A stretch of DNA of 64,000 nucleotides from Planctomycetota bacterium (GTDB lineage Bacteria > Planctomycetota > UBA11346), in the NCBI GenBank assembly GCA_038231435.1, contig JBBRLJ010000014.1:50010-114009 (forward strand). Reading direction: 5' to 3'. Position 1 is the stretch's first letter. Every line of letters starts with the position of its first letter. Made by a program: the position numbers and the translations under genes. Below, in pieces: positions 10,698 through 20,897 of the stretch. A model generated the notes under the pieces. It searched no databases. It was not told the origin of the DNA and saw only the letters and a list, made by a program, of their open reading frames with translations.

Positions 10698-10919
10698 GGC
10701 CGCAGCGTAGCGCGCACCGTGTCTCCGGATACGGGAAGGAGCGTCATCGGCCACCGCCGCGCCTCCGCCCTTGGCGCGGCTTGTCGCTCCTTGCTCGCCT
10801 TGCCCTTTCGTGCCTTCTGATGCCCTGTCGTCGCTAAGACTCGGAAAAGCCGCAGAAACACGTTGCCGACCTCGACGGAAGCGCTTTCATCGCGCGCTCA
10901 CCGCCAACCCGGAGCACCC

Positions 10920-12230
10920 ATGGGCACCCAGCGCCTGCTCGCCATCCTCGCCGCCGTCCTGTTCGCCTCGCTGACCAACGCGGTCGAAGCCGCGGAAGGC
11001 AAGGCCATCACCATCTGGTGGGCGCAATGGTCCCCCGCGGATGGACTGCAGCAGCTCGGAGATGAGTTCACCAAGAAGACCGGTACCAAGGTGACGGTGC
11101 ACCAGATCCCGTGGGGATCCTACCAGGACCAGGTGTTCCTGAACTTCGGCAACAAGCAGACGGATTTCGACATCGTCGTGGGCGATAGCCAGTGGCTCGG
11201 GCGCGGCGCGACCGACAAGCTCTATCTCGACCTCAGCGATTGGCTGCCCAAGGCAGTCGATCTCACCACCATCCATCCCGCGGCCTTGAAGTACCTGTGC
11301 GAATATCCTGGCGGCAGCGGACACTATTTCGCCGCACCGTGCGAGACCGACGCCATGGGCTTCGCATACCGCAAGGACTGGTTCGAGGACGCCACGGAAA
11401 AGAGTGTCTTCAAGGCGAAATACGGGCGAGAGCTCGCAGTGCCGCAAAGCTGGGACGAATTCCAGCAGGTCGCCGAGTTCTTCCAGCGTCCAGAGCGGAA
11501 GCGCTTTGGCTGCGCGATCGCGACCGGCCGTGGCTACGACTGCCTGGTGATGGGCTACCAGAACCTGATGTGGGCGTTCGGCGGATCGTGGGGCGATCCG
11601 GCCACCTTCACCGCCAAAGGCCAGGTCGACGGCGCGCCTGCGGTTGCTGCGCTGACATTCTTCAAGCAACTGCTCGCCAGCGGGCCGAAAGGCGCGCCGA
11701 ATCTCGACTACGGCGATCTGCTCGAGGCATTCACCAACGGCTCCACGGCCATGGCGATGAACTTCTTCGCCTTCTCGCCGACCATCGCCAAGCAGATGGG
11801 GGACAAAGCCGGGTTCTTCGTGATGCCGGCCAAGGATGGCAAGCGCGTCGTCAGCCTTGGGGGCCAGGGATTCAGCATCTCCACCAAGGTTGCGCCCGCG
11901 CAGCAGGAGCTCGCCAAGGAATTCATCGCCTGGTTCAACACCCGCGCGGTTCAGGAACGCTGGATCACCAAGGATGCGGGCTTCACCGCCAACACCGAGA
12001 TCCTCAAGAGCGACGCCTTCCGCAAAGCGACCCCCTACAACGCGGCGTTCGCCGAATCGCTCGACCATGTCCAGGATTTCTGGAACGTGCCGGTGTACAA
12101 CGAACTGCTGGCCAAGGCCGTCCAGCACCTCGCGGACGCGCTCGATGGCAAGGCGGAGCCAAAGGCCGCGCTCGAGGCGCTGGCGGCGGATCACGATGAG
12201 ATCTTCCAGGATGCCGGTCTGAGAAAATGA
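10920..12230 (+). CDS. Sugar/polyol ABC transporter substrate-binding protein (CUT1)
   Basis: GGAG RBS, signal peptide, DIVVGDSQWLG, YRKDWF, VPQSWDE, SLGGQG. First gene of an ABC operon. Confidence 0.9.
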   Translation: MGTQRLLAILAAVLFASLTNAVEAAEGKAITIWWAQWSPADGLQQLGDEFTKKTGTKVTVHQIPWGSYQDQVFLNFGNKQTDFDIVVGDSQWLGRGATDKLYLDLSDWLPKAVDLTTIHPAALKYLCEYPGGSGHYFAAPCETDAMGFAYRKDWFEDATEKSVFKAKYGRELAVPQSWDEFQQVAEFFQRPERKRFGCAIATGRGYDCLVMGYQNLMWAFGGSWGDPATFTAKGQVDGAPAVAALTFFKQLLASGPKGAPNLDYGDLLEAFTNGSTAMAMNFFAFSPTIAKQMGDKAGFFVMPAKDGKRVVSLGGQGFSISTKVAPAQQELAKEFIAWFNTRAVQERWITKDAGFTANTEILKSDAFRKATPYNAAFAESLDHVQDFWNVPVYNELLAKAVQHLADALDGKAEPKAALEALAADHDEIFQDAGLRK

Positions 12231-12282
12231 TGGTTCTCCCATCCGCGACCGACGACGGACGCCCCCTCGACGTCCCTCCACC

Positions 12283-13161
12283 ATGAGCGGTTCCCGCGGC
12301 CTCGGCTATGCCTTCGTCCTGCCGACGCTGGCCTTCCTGGTGCTCTTCAACGTCTTCCCGCTGGTCTACAACCTGGTGCTGGGTTTCACCAACTACCGGC
12401 TTTCCGGCAGCACCTGGGAATGGGTAGGTGGCCTGAATTACAGTCGGGTCTTCGCCAAGCCCGAATACGCGGCGGCGCTGCGCACCACGGGGTTGTTCGT
12501 GGTCTGCGCGGTGGCTGCGGAGCTAACCCTCGGCTTCGTCCTCGCCCTGGCGCTGACGCGACCATTCCGAGGCAAGTCCGCGGTGCTGACCCTGCTGCTG
12601 GTGCCGATGATGCTATCGCCAGCGGTGATGGGCCTCTATTGGACCCTGATCCTCAATGGCGACTACGGCATCCTCGACCAGATGCTCGGCGCCCTCGGCA
12701 TCGACCAGCCACGCTGGCTGACCGACGGTTCGCTCAAGCTGCTGTCGGTGCTGATCGTCGATGTGTGGATGTGGACGCCGTTCATGATGCTGATCGCGCT
12801 CGCCGGGCTGAATGCCATCCCCGCGTACATCTATGAGGCGGCGGAGATCGACCGCGCCTCTCGCTACACGGTGTTCCGGCGCATCACCCTGCCGATGTGC
12901 GCGCCTCTTCTGATCCTCGCGGTCCTGCTGCGCGCCACCGACGCGCTCAAGCAGTTCGACCTGGTGATGGCGATGACCGGGCCGAATGAAGGCGCGACCC
13001 AGACGGTGAGCGCCCTCCTCTACCAGACCCTGATCAAGGAGGGCAAGGTGGGCCTGAGCTCGGCCTATGCGTGCGTGGTGCTGGTCGGGGTGATCGCGCT
13101 CGCCTCGCTATTCACGCGCTACCTGGATCGCCTTGCCAGGCAGCAAGGACGCACGGGATGA
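12283..13161 (+). CDS. Carbohydrate ABC transporter permease (MalF-like)
   Basis: About 6 TM helices; EAA motif IYEAAEIDRASRYTVFRRITLP. Confidence 0.9.
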   Translation: MSGSRGLGYAFVLPTLAFLVLFNVFPLVYNLVLGFTNYRLSGSTWEWVGGLNYSRVFAKPEYAAALRTTGLFVVCAVAAELTLGFVLALALTRPFRGKSAVLTLLLVPMMLSPAVMGLYWTLILNGDYGILDQMLGALGIDQPRWLTDGSLKLLSVLIVDVWMWTPFMMLIALAGLNAIPAYIYEAAEIDRASRYTVFRRITLPMCAPLLILAVLLRATDALKQFDLVMAMTGPNEGATQTVSALLYQTLIKEGKVGLSSAYACVVLVGVIALASLFTRYLDRLARQQGRTG

Positions 13162-14069
13162 ACATCGTACGCGTCCTGGTGATCGTGGGCTACCTGGCGA
13201 TCGCGTGCCTGCCCTTGGCCTGGATGGCGCTGACCTCGATCAAGCAGCCGGCAGCGACCATCAGTACCACCGCGAAGATTCTGCCACTCCTTGGTGCGGA
13301 CTCGTTGGCGGATGTGGGGGATGCGGCAGATGCGGGAAATGCCCACTCCTTCGCCCCCACCACCTCGGCCTACGCCGAACTCGCGCGCAAGCCGGCTGCA
13401 GAGACCCCAGAGGAGGCCGCGCGCGGGCGCAGCTTCCTCGACTACCTGTGGACCAGCGCGGTGATCGGAGTGCTCTCGACCGCCGCGACCGTCGCCCTGG
13501 GCACCGCATGCGCATACGGCTTCAGCCGCTTCCGCATCGCCGGATCGAAGGACTGGCTGTTCTTCATCCTCTCCACGCGCTTCATGCCGCCGCTCGCGGT
13601 GGTGGCGCCGGTACTGATGATGTACCGACAATTCGGCCTGCCCAACACCTACGCGGGACTCGTCATCCTCTATACCGCGTTCAACCTGTCGCTCGCCGTG
13701 TGGCTGATGAAAGGCTTCATCGACGACATCCCCCGCGCCTATGAAGAGGCCGCCCTGGTCGACGGCTATACGCGCATGCAGGCGTTCTGGCGCATCATCG
13801 TGCCGCAAGCCCGCACCGGCATGGCCGTGACGGCAGTCTTCTGCCTGATCTCGGCGTGGAACGAATTCGGCTTCGCGATGACGCTCAACAACGCGCACGC
13901 GGTGACCGTGCCGGTCTATTTCGCGGGATTGCAGGGTAACGTCAAGGGCATGCCCTGGCCGCAGATCGCCGCCGGCGTGCTGGTGTTCGTCGCACCGATC
14001 GTGGTCTTCACGGTGCTGGTGCGTCACCACCTATTGCGCGGCGTCACCTTCGGCACGGTGAAGCAATGA
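13158..14069 (+). CDS. Carbohydrate ABC transporter permease (MalG-like)
   Basis: ATGA overlap with the previous gene; EAA motif YEEAALVDGYTRMQAF; AWNEF. Confidence 0.9.
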   Translation: MNIVRVLVIVGYLAIACLPLAWMALTSIKQPAATISTTAKILPLLGADSLADVGDAADAGNAHSFAPTTSAYAELARKPAAETPEEAARGRSFLDYLWTSAVIGVLSTAATVALGTACAYGFSRFRIAGSKDWLFFILSTRFMPPLAVVAPVLMMYRQFGLPNTYAGLVILYTAFNLSLAVWLMKGFIDDIPRAYEEAALVDGYTRMQAFWRIIVPQARTGMAVTAVFCLISAWNEFGFAMTLNNAHAVTVPVYFAGLQGNVKGMPWPQIAAGVLVFVAPIVVFTVLVRHHLLRGVTFGTVKQ

Positions 14070-14374
14070 GGGAAGAACGTCCGTCGTCCGTGGCCCGCCG
14101 TCCGTCGTCGGCGACAGGAGCTGGGGAGGTCACCGGGGCGCGCGATGCCATCCGATCACGGACGACGGATAATAGACCGCGGTCCGGCTCCATCCTGCGT
14201 CTCCTCGACCGGCTCGCGCTCGCGGGCATGGCTCTCGGCACCTGCCTGATGCTCCAGCCTTGGCTGCCCTCGTGCTTCCGCGCCGGCTTCGCCTGCCTGC
14301 TCGCCAGCACCCTGCTGCAGATCGTCACCTCCCACCTCGTCTCCCCGCGCCCATCCGCGCCCGATCCTTCCTGA
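14066..14374 (+). CDS. Small two-TM membrane protein within the ABC operon
   Basis: ATGA overlap; two hydrophobic segments (LALAGMALGTCLMLQPW, AGFACLLASTLLQIVTSHL). Start uncertain. Confidence 0.55.
   Translation: MREERPSSVARRPSSATGAGEVTGARDAIRSRTTDNRPRSGSILRLLDRLALAGMALGTCLMLQPWLPSCFRAGFACLLASTLLQIVTSHLVSPRPSAPDPS
14078..14112 (+). repeat. Heptamer tandem repeat (CGTCCGT-like), with a complementary ACGGACG tract near 14158
   Basis: cgtccgt cgtccgt ggcccgc cgtccgt cgtcggc read directly. Confidence 0.6.
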
Positions 14375-14411
14375 TCATCCACGGCACTGCCCTCTGTCCG
14401 TCCATCGTCAC

Positions 14412-14467
14412 CTCTCCGCTCTCCACTCTCCGCTCACCTCATTCTGCTTTCTGCTTTCCGCTTCCCC
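14412..14467 (+). repeat. Pyrimidine-rich heptamer tandem repeat
   Basis: ctctccg ctctcca ctctccg ctcacct cattctg ctttctg ctttccg cttcccc. Confidence 0.75.
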
Positions 14468-14490
14468 CCTTCTCCCCCGTGAATCGCCCC

Positions 14491-15588
14491 ATGTCCTTTC
14501 TCACCCTCTCCCACCTCGAGAAGACCTATCCCGACGGCACCAAGGCGGTGCACGCCCTGGACCTGTTGGTCGCCGAAGGCGAGTTCATCGTGCTGCTCGG
14601 TCCCTCGGGCTGCGGCAAGACCACCACCCTGCGCATGATCGCCGGACTCGAGATCCCCACCGCCGGCAGCATCTCGATCGCGGGCGCCGACGTCACGAAC
14701 CTGCGTCCGTCCGAACGGGACGTCGGATTCGTCTTCCAGTTCTACGCCCTCTACCCGCACCTGAGCGTGCGCGACAACATCGCATTCCCCCTCGCCGCCA
14801 CCGGGATGGCCAAGAAGGACCGCACGCTCGCGGTGGACGAGGTCGCGCGCCGCCTGGGCATCGAACGCCTGCTGGCGAGCTTCCCCAGGCAGTTGAGCGG
14901 CGGAGACCAGCAGCGCGTATCGCTCGGCCGCGCGATGGTGCGTCGCCCACGACTGTGGTTGATGGACGAGCCGTTGGGAACGCTCGACGCCGACCAGCGC
15001 CTGGCGATGCGCGAGTTCATCCGCGAGCAGCAGCGCGCGCTCGGCGTCACCACCATCTACGTCACCCATGACCAGGAGGAGGCTATGAGCCTCGCCGACC
15101 GCGTGGTGGTGATGGAGGGAGGACGCATCCGCCAGGCCGGCGCGCCCGCCGCGGTCTACGATGATCCAGCGTCGCTGTTCGTGGCGGAATTCGTCGGCAG
15201 CCCGGGCATGAACTTCATCCCCGGCGAGATCGATGCCGATGGCGCCTTCCACCCGCGTGGTGCCGGCGGAGCGGCTCGTGGATCCGAACGCAGAACCGCT
15301 GATGGAGGCGCGATCACGCTCGGCCGCCACCTGCGCGCCGGACCCGCGACCCTCGGCGTGCGCCCTGAATTCGTGCGCCCCCGCGCGACAGGAGCCGGGA
15401 TCCAGGGCCGCGTGCTGATGGAGGAATACCTGGGGTCCACCCGCATCGTGCATCTCGATTGCGCCTTCGGGCGCATCGCCATGCGCGCCGGGGCTGACCG
15501 CGCGGCGATCGCGGGCGAGACGCTCTCGGTGGGTTTCGATCCCGAGCACGCGCGCGTGTTCGATCACACCAGCGGAGAGCGGTTGTGA
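14491..15588 (+). CDS. Carbohydrate ABC transporter ATP-binding protein (MalK-like)
   Basis: GPSGCGKTT, VFQFYALYPH, LSGGDQQR, LMDEP, YVTHDQ, C-terminal TOBE. Confidence 0.92.
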   Translation: MSFLTLSHLEKTYPDGTKAVHALDLLVAEGEFIVLLGPSGCGKTTTLRMIAGLEIPTAGSISIAGADVTNLRPSERDVGFVFQFYALYPHLSVRDNIAFPLAATGMAKKDRTLAVDEVARRLGIERLLASFPRQLSGGDQQRVSLGRAMVRRPRLWLMDEPLGTLDADQRLAMREFIREQQRALGVTTIYVTHDQEEAMSLADRVVVMEGGRIRQAGAPAAVYDDPASLFVAEFVGSPGMNFIPGEIDADGAFHPRGAGGAARGSERRTADGGAITLGRHLRAGPATLGVRPEFVRPRATGAGIQGRVLMEEYLGSTRIVHLDCAFGRIAMRAGADRAAIAGETLSVGFDPEHARVFDHTSGERL

Positions 15589-16709
15589 ACACCCTCGGTG
15601 CCGTGCCTGCCAAACCGACCGAGGACTCGCCTTCCCAGCCGTCCCCCTTCCTTGAGGTACGCGGACTGCGCAAGGCGTTCAGCGGACGTGAGGTGCTGCA
15701 CGGCATCGATCTGGAGGTCGGCCCAGACGAACTGCTGGTGGTGCTCGGCCCCACCGGCGCCGGCAAGACCACGCTGCTGCGCCTGCTCGCGGGATTGGAT
15801 GAAGCGGATGGCGGAGCCATCGTCATGGCGGGGTCAGACGTCACCTCCATGGCTCCCGCGCGGCGCGACGTGTCGCTGGTATTCCAGAACTTCTCGCTGT
15901 ATCCCGGTTGGACGGTGCGGCGGAACATGGAGTTCCCGCTGCGCGCACCTGGCAGGGCCATGTCCGAAGCCGCGATCGCCGAGCGCATCGCCTGGGCGGC
16001 GCGCCTGCTGCGCATCGAGCCGCTGCTCGAGCGTCCAGCGCAGCGGCTGTCCGGCGGGCAGATGCAACGCGTCGCCATCGGACGCGCGATCGTGCGCCGG
16101 CCGAGGCTGTTCCTCATGGACGAGCCGCTGACCAATCTCGACGCCAAGCTGCGCGAGGCGCTGCGCGTCGAGCTGGTGGTGCTGCGCCGCGAGCTGCGCA
16201 CGCCAATGGTGTACGTGACCCACGATCAGGCCGAGGCGCTGTCCATGGCGGACCGCATCGTGGTCATCGACGGTGGCCGCGTGCTGCAGACCGGGACGCC
16301 CGAAGCGATCTACCGCCACCCCGCTTCGCCGACGGTGGCCAGGCAATTGGGCCAGCCCGCCATCAATCTGCTGCGCGCGACGCTGCGCGACGGGAACTGG
16401 TGCGCAGCCGATGGGACTCCACTCATGACGGCAGGCGCCGTCGGCAATGCCGCTGCCACGCCGATGGGCGATGTGTCGGGCGGAGCCGTCATCGGCGTCC
16501 GGCCCGAGGACCTGTCGTTGACAGGAGGCGCTCATCCCGGCAGCGTGCGCCTGGTCGAGGATCTCGGCCCCACGCGCTTGGCCGTGATCCAGTGGGCGGG
16601 AGGCGAGCAGCGCGCGGTGCTCGACAAGTCCTCGACCGTCGCGGTCGGCGACCAGGTGTTGCCGAGCATAGCTCCCGACCGCGCCATGCTGTGGGCTGCG
16701 GACGCCTGA
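15585..16709 (+). CDS. Second carbohydrate ABC transporter ATP-binding protein
   Basis: GPTGAGKTT, LSGGQMQR, LMDEPLTNLDAKLR, YVTHDQ; GTGA overlap. Confidence 0.92.
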   Translation: MNTLGAVPAKPTEDSPSQPSPFLEVRGLRKAFSGREVLHGIDLEVGPDELLVVLGPTGAGKTTLLRLLAGLDEADGGAIVMAGSDVTSMAPARRDVSLVFQNFSLYPGWTVRRNMEFPLRAPGRAMSEAAIAERIAWAARLLRIEPLLERPAQRLSGGQMQRVAIGRAIVRRPRLFLMDEPLTNLDAKLREALRVELVVLRRELRTPMVYVTHDQAEALSMADRIVVIDGGRVLQTGTPEAIYRHPASPTVARQLGQPAINLLRATLRDGNWCAADGTPLMTAGAVGNAAATPMGDVSGGAVIGVRPEDLSLTGGAHPGSVRLVEDLGPTRLAVIQWAGGEQRAVLDKSSTVAVGDQVLPSIAPDRAMLWAADA

Positions 16710-16938
16710 GGGGCCGGAGCATCCTCGAAACCAGCATACCTAGCACGTTTCAGCCCTCCCGGAGGTGTGGGGAAATCCGCCAACGCCGCTGCCGAACCCT
16801 GGCATATCATGATCATGCGGCGACTCCGCCGTCACGCTGTCGTCATCTGCGGTCGACAGGCTGCTGCGCTCTGAAGCTTCTCAACCCTCATCGCCCACAA
16901 CACCGCCACACCACCGGCATCATCAACCAGGAGTCACC

Positions 16939-17457
16939 ATGATCCGTATTCCCATCCTCTCCGCCGCCCTGCTGCTCATCGCCATGCCGATCGGCGGCGC
17001 CTGGGCCGCCAGCGAAGGCGACGCCCCCGCGGATGCGCCCACGGGCGAGGCCGCCGACACCAAGGCCGGCGACAAGTCTGCGGACAAGTCCACGGACAAG
17101 GGCGACGACAAGCCCAATCGCGCCGCCCAGCAGATCGATCAATATCTCGAGCACGTCGATTCCAAGGACGACGACAAGGAGCACGCAGCGAAGTGGGAGA
17201 AGTTCGAGAAGATGCTCAAGGACAAGCGTCCTGACGAGTTCGCGAAGCTCGACGCCGACAGCGACGGCCACATCAGCCGCGACGAAGCCAAGGCCGCTGC
17301 CGAGAAGGCCCAGGCGTCGCTGAAGGAGAAGCACGCCGACGTGTTCGACGCCATCGATACCGATAAGGATGGCAAGCTCAGCCGCGACGAGCTGCGCGCC
17401 GCGCGCGACAAGCGCAAGGGCGAGGGCAAGAAGAAGAAGGACAAGACCGGCCTCTGA
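16939..17457 (+). CDS. Secreted EF-hand calcium-binding protein
   Basis: AGGAG RBS, signal peptide (AWA), EF loops DADSDGHISRDE and DTDKDGKLSRDE. Confidence 0.85.
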   Translation: MIRIPILSAALLLIAMPIGGAWAASEGDAPADAPTGEAADTKAGDKSADKSTDKGDDKPNRAAQQIDQYLEHVDSKDDDKEHAAKWEKFEKMLKDKRPDEFAKLDADSDGHISRDEAKAAAEKAQASLKEKHADVFDAIDTDKDGKLSRDELRAARDKRKGEGKKKKDKTGL

Positions 17458-17478
17458 GCCGTCTGTCCCCGTATCGAC

Positions 17479-17518
17479 CGCCGTCCATGGTCAACGACCA
17501 TGGACGGCGTTTTTTTTT
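17479..17518 (+). terminator. Rho-independent terminator
   Basis: Perfect 14-bp stem cgccgtccatggtc-aac-gaccatggacggcg followed by T9; between convergent genes. Confidence 0.9.
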
Positions 17519-17528
17519 GCGCGCGGCT

Positions 17529-18605
17529 CTACTGCGCCAGCTCGTCCTTCAGCGCCTGCACGATCTTCTGCTGCGCGGGGCCATTGGGGTAGCGGGTGAA
17601 CAGGCCTTCGCGGACCTTGTTGGCCGACTCGGCAGAGCCCACCAGGCGCTCGATGTCGAGCACCGCCCAGCCCTGGGTGTTGGCGGAACGGATGAGCAGA
17701 TCGCGCCGCGTGGCCGACTGCTCCTTGAGCACCTCGTCCATCGGGATCGGCGGCGCGACCAGCACCAGGCGCGGCTGGATCGAGAGCGCCTCGCAGCGCG
17801 AACGCACCACGCCGAGCACGCGCTCCTCCTCCTCCGTCCAGGCCGCGCCGAAGAGCGCCTGGTTGCCCGGCGACCAGATGATGGTGCGCGGCTTGTCGAG
17901 TTTCGCGAGCGCCACCAGCACCGCATGGTGCGGAAAGCGTTCATCCAGCGCGGGGCGGAGCTCGGCGTCGAGCGTTGACCAGGTGTCCGCGCCCAGCGCC
18001 TCCAACGGATCGCCGACCACCACCGCCTTGCCGGTCGGCCGCGGCATCGAGGTACGCAGCGCGCCCCACTTGCGTTCCTCGTCCGCCTTGCGGCGGCGGT
18101 CTATGAGCACCACCGGGATGCCCTTGTCGTCGACCGGGAATCCATCCTTGAGCGCGGCAAGCGGCCATGGCTCACGGGCATCGGCCAAGCGGATGCCCAG
18201 CTCGAAGGCGCCCGACGGCAAGGTCAGCACTGCGGTGCGCACCCCGGGCGCGAGCGGTAGCGGCAGCAGACCGCTGACCCGATCGGTGTCGGCGGGCGTG
18301 GTGAATGGCAGCGCCTCTTCGCCCTTCCAGCCGATCGAGCCCTTCTGCCCGGGGATCTTGTTCGGCAACGCGAACGCCACGTTGCGGGTCTCGTCGTTGT
18401 AGGCCACCGCCGGCCAGTGCGTGAAGGCCGGATCGGGCCAGATGCGCTCGCCCGAGACCGAGGACGGGCTGGGCGGCATCGCCGGCACGGCGTTCGGCTG
18501 GGTCGAGGGCGCGTCGGCAGCGGGCGCATGACCGGCGGCTCCCAGAGCCAGCACCGACACCAGGATCGCAAACCGGTAGCTCATCCGCATATGCATCCGT
18601 GACAT
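17529..18605 (-). CDS. Secreted hypothetical protein
   Basis: Signal peptide and host-like codon usage; abuts the stop of the upstream gene. Alternative start at 18584. No family recognised. Confidence 0.75.
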   Translation of the reverse strand: MSRMHMRMSYRFAILVSVLALGAAGHAPAADAPSTQPNAVPAMPPSPSSVSGERIWPDPAFTHWPAVAYNDETRNVAFALPNKIPGQKGSIGWKGEEALPFTTPADTDRVSGLLPLPLAPGVRTAVLTLPSGAFELGIRLADAREPWPLAALKDGFPVDDKGIPVVLIDRRRKADEERKWGALRTSMPRPTGKAVVVGDPLEALGADTWSTLDAELRPALDERFPHHAVLVALAKLDKPRTIIWSPGNQALFGAAWTEEEERVLGVVRSRCEALSIQPRLVLVAPPIPMDEVLKEQSATRRDLLIRSANTQGWAVLDIERLVGSAESANKVREGLFTRYPNGPAQQKIVQALKDELAQ

Positions 18606-20897
18606 CTACCTGGTACCGGTGGGCGCCGCCAGCGTTGGCGCCGCCGAGGCCGCTCCGGCATGACCCACGCCGGCGGTGGCTTTCGCGGTGATCTTGAAGG
18701 CCAGGTGCCGAGAAAACGCCGGCAACGACAGGGACAGGTCGTCGCCGAGCGTGGCCTCGACGCCTCCCTGGGGTTCTCCGGCATCCGGATCCCACCAGGC
18801 GACCCTGATCGGGCCAGCGGCCATGCCTTCGAGCCGGACCGTCGCTCCTTGGACGAGCGGCGAGGATCCGCCCGCCGTCCCCCAGCGCGCGTCGACCACG
18901 TAACCGAGCGCGTGGCCCGGCCTGCTCCACGCCCCCGACCACAATGGCAGAGGGCCCCGCGCCTGGAGATCAACGGCCCTGGCGTCGGCGCCGCGCGCGT
19001 CCTCGCCGGCGAGGAAGCGGCCGATCGCGCCGTAGGGCTGCCAGCGCGCGCCCTGGTCGATCCATTCGAACCACCACAGCATCGGCGCGCCCGCGTGGCC
19101 GGTCACGAGCGCGGCCCACGGCGCGATGGTGTGCTGCGAGAGCACCGAACCGCCATGCGGATAGCAGCCGAATTCGGTCGCGAGGATCGGCTTGTGGAAT
19201 CGTCCAAGGCCGTTCCCGGCATGCTCCATGCTGTCGCGCAGCAGCTGGCCGAGAAACGGCGGCAGTCCGCCGAGCGCATCGGTGTAGGCGTCGATGGTCA
19301 GGTAGTCGAGGCCCGGCAGCGCGGCCACCGCCTGGTCGACGCGGCGGTAGTCGCCGCACCAGTGGCTGCACACCGGATGCCCGTACGCATCATTGGCGTG
19401 CCACGCCGCCGCCGCGCGTCGGTGCCAGTCGACCTGGACGGCCTGGTTCTCGCCCGCGGCGGTGAGGTCCACCTCGGACCACAGCTTCCAGCCCAGGATC
19501 GCGGGATGATCCGCCCAGCGCGCCTGGACGTAGCGCCGCAGGCGCTCCTGCGCGGCAAGCGCGCGCGGATCGGTGAACAGTTGCGCGGCCTCGGCGATCG
19601 GACCGCCATTGGCGACGTTGTAGGGATTGTCCACCCACTCGGTGTCGTGTCCGATCGACGCTTGGCCATGGTTCCACACCACCAGGTTGACGCGCATGCG
19701 GTTCGCCCACGCATCGTCGAGGACGCGGTCCAGCCGCCACGCCGAGTCCTCGTCGTAGCGACCGATGCCGTGGTAGCCTGGCCAGTCCTCGCGCCATTCG
19801 AGCGCCAGGTTGCGCGGGCTCATCCACACTTCGCACGCGGTGGCGCCGGCGGCGTGGAAGCGCGCGAAGTAGGCGTGGTAGGCCTGGGTGATGCGCTCCG
19901 GCGTCAGCCGCGTGGCGTAGTTCTCGTGGTCGCGCATATCCCACACCGCGTGCAGGCTCGGGCCCACCGGCCAGAACCACGCGCCATCGACGGCGAAATA
20001 GCGCGGATCAGCGGCGTCGACGCGCACGTAGCCATCGCTCGCCGGCCCCGCGACCTCGACCGGCGCTAGCTGCGTCACCACCGCGGCCCCGCCTCGCCAG
20101 CGCGCCTCGAGACGCACGCGGTGGCTGCCGGCGACGCGCGGTCGCCAACGCAGCGTGAAGCGCCCACGTCCGCGGGGCGACACGATCTCGCGATCGCCGC
20201 GATCCGCCGATTCCATGGGCTGGTCGTAGAATCCAGCGACGCGCAGCTCGGGTCCGCTCGGAGGGGTGATCACCGCTTCGAGGGTGAACTGCCCCGGGTC
20301 GTAGGGATTCGCCGGCATCGGTTCGGGGACGAGCGACGTTTCCCAACGCTCGCCGGTGCGTATCTCCCCCATTGGCGAGATCAGATCGAGCAGCCGGGGT
20401 CCGCCTTCGATCGATGGATGCTCCGATCGCGCGTCGCCAACCCCACCCTCGACCCGAAGCTCGACGCGCAGATGGGCGTGACTGCGCGTGGCGGACCAGA
20501 ACACCAGTCCAGCGCTGCGCGTGTTCGCCGCCTCGACCGCCGACCACGAGCCAAGATGCGGCATCCCGGACAGCGTGGCGCGCGGCGAGACGTCGATGTC
20601 CAGCCGATGGATGCCGGGTCGCAGGAAACCAGGCCTGAGCACCTGGTACCAGCGTCCGTGCGCTCCGGCGACGAAGGCCCCGACACCGAGATCATCCGGC
20701 GCGTCCTGGGGCACCTCGACGGTGGCGACGATGCGGTCGGCGCCGGCGAGCCTGCCCGGCACGCGTGCCACGGTCGACAGCGGAGCCGCGAGCTCGACAT
20801 CCATCGCCGATGCCTGCGCCATGGTGGCTGCGATGGTGGCTGCGATGGAGACAGCGGCCGAGAGGACGGGCGCAAACGCCCAACGCACCAGTCTCAT
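18606..20897 (-). CDS. Secreted putative glycoside hydrolase (novel N-module + DUF5060-like Ig + GH5/clan A-like barrel)
   Basis: Signal peptide; PANPYDP..F.L...PSG....GFY..RWRP (DUF5060-like); RYVQARWADHPAILGWKLWSE; ILATEFG; C-terminal WWDP. Confidence 0.7.
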   Translation of the reverse strand: MRLVRWAFAPVLSAAVSIAATIAATMAQASAMDVELAAPLSTVARVPGRLAGADRIVATVEVPQDAPDDLGVGAFVAGAHGRWYQVLRPGFLRPGIHRLDIDVSPRATLSGMPHLGSWSAVEAANTRSAGLVFWSATRSHAHLRVELRVEGGVGDARSEHPSIEGGPRLLDLISPMGEIRTGERWETSLVPEPMPANPYDPGQFTLEAVITPPSGPELRVAGFYDQPMESADRGDREIVSPRGRGRFTLRWRPRVAGSHRVRLEARWRGGAAVVTQLAPVEVAGPASDGYVRVDAADPRYFAVDGAWFWPVGPSLHAVWDMRDHENYATRLTPERITQAYHAYFARFHAAGATACEVWMSPRNLALEWREDWPGYHGIGRYDEDSAWRLDRVLDDAWANRMRVNLVVWNHGQASIGHDTEWVDNPYNVANGGPIAEAAQLFTDPRALAAQERLRRYVQARWADHPAILGWKLWSEVDLTAAGENQAVQVDWHRRAAAAWHANDAYGHPVCSHWCGDYRRVDQAVAALPGLDYLTIDAYTDALGGLPPFLGQLLRDSMEHAGNGLGRFHKPILATEFGCYPHGGSVLSQHTIAPWAALVTGHAGAPMLWWFEWIDQGARWQPYGAIGRFLAGEDARGADARAVDLQARGPLPLWSGAWSRPGHALGYVVDARWGTAGGSSPLVQGATVRLEGMAAGPIRVAWWDPDAGEPQGGVEATLGDDLSLSLPAFSRHLAFKITAKATAGVGHAGAASAAPTLAAPTGTR

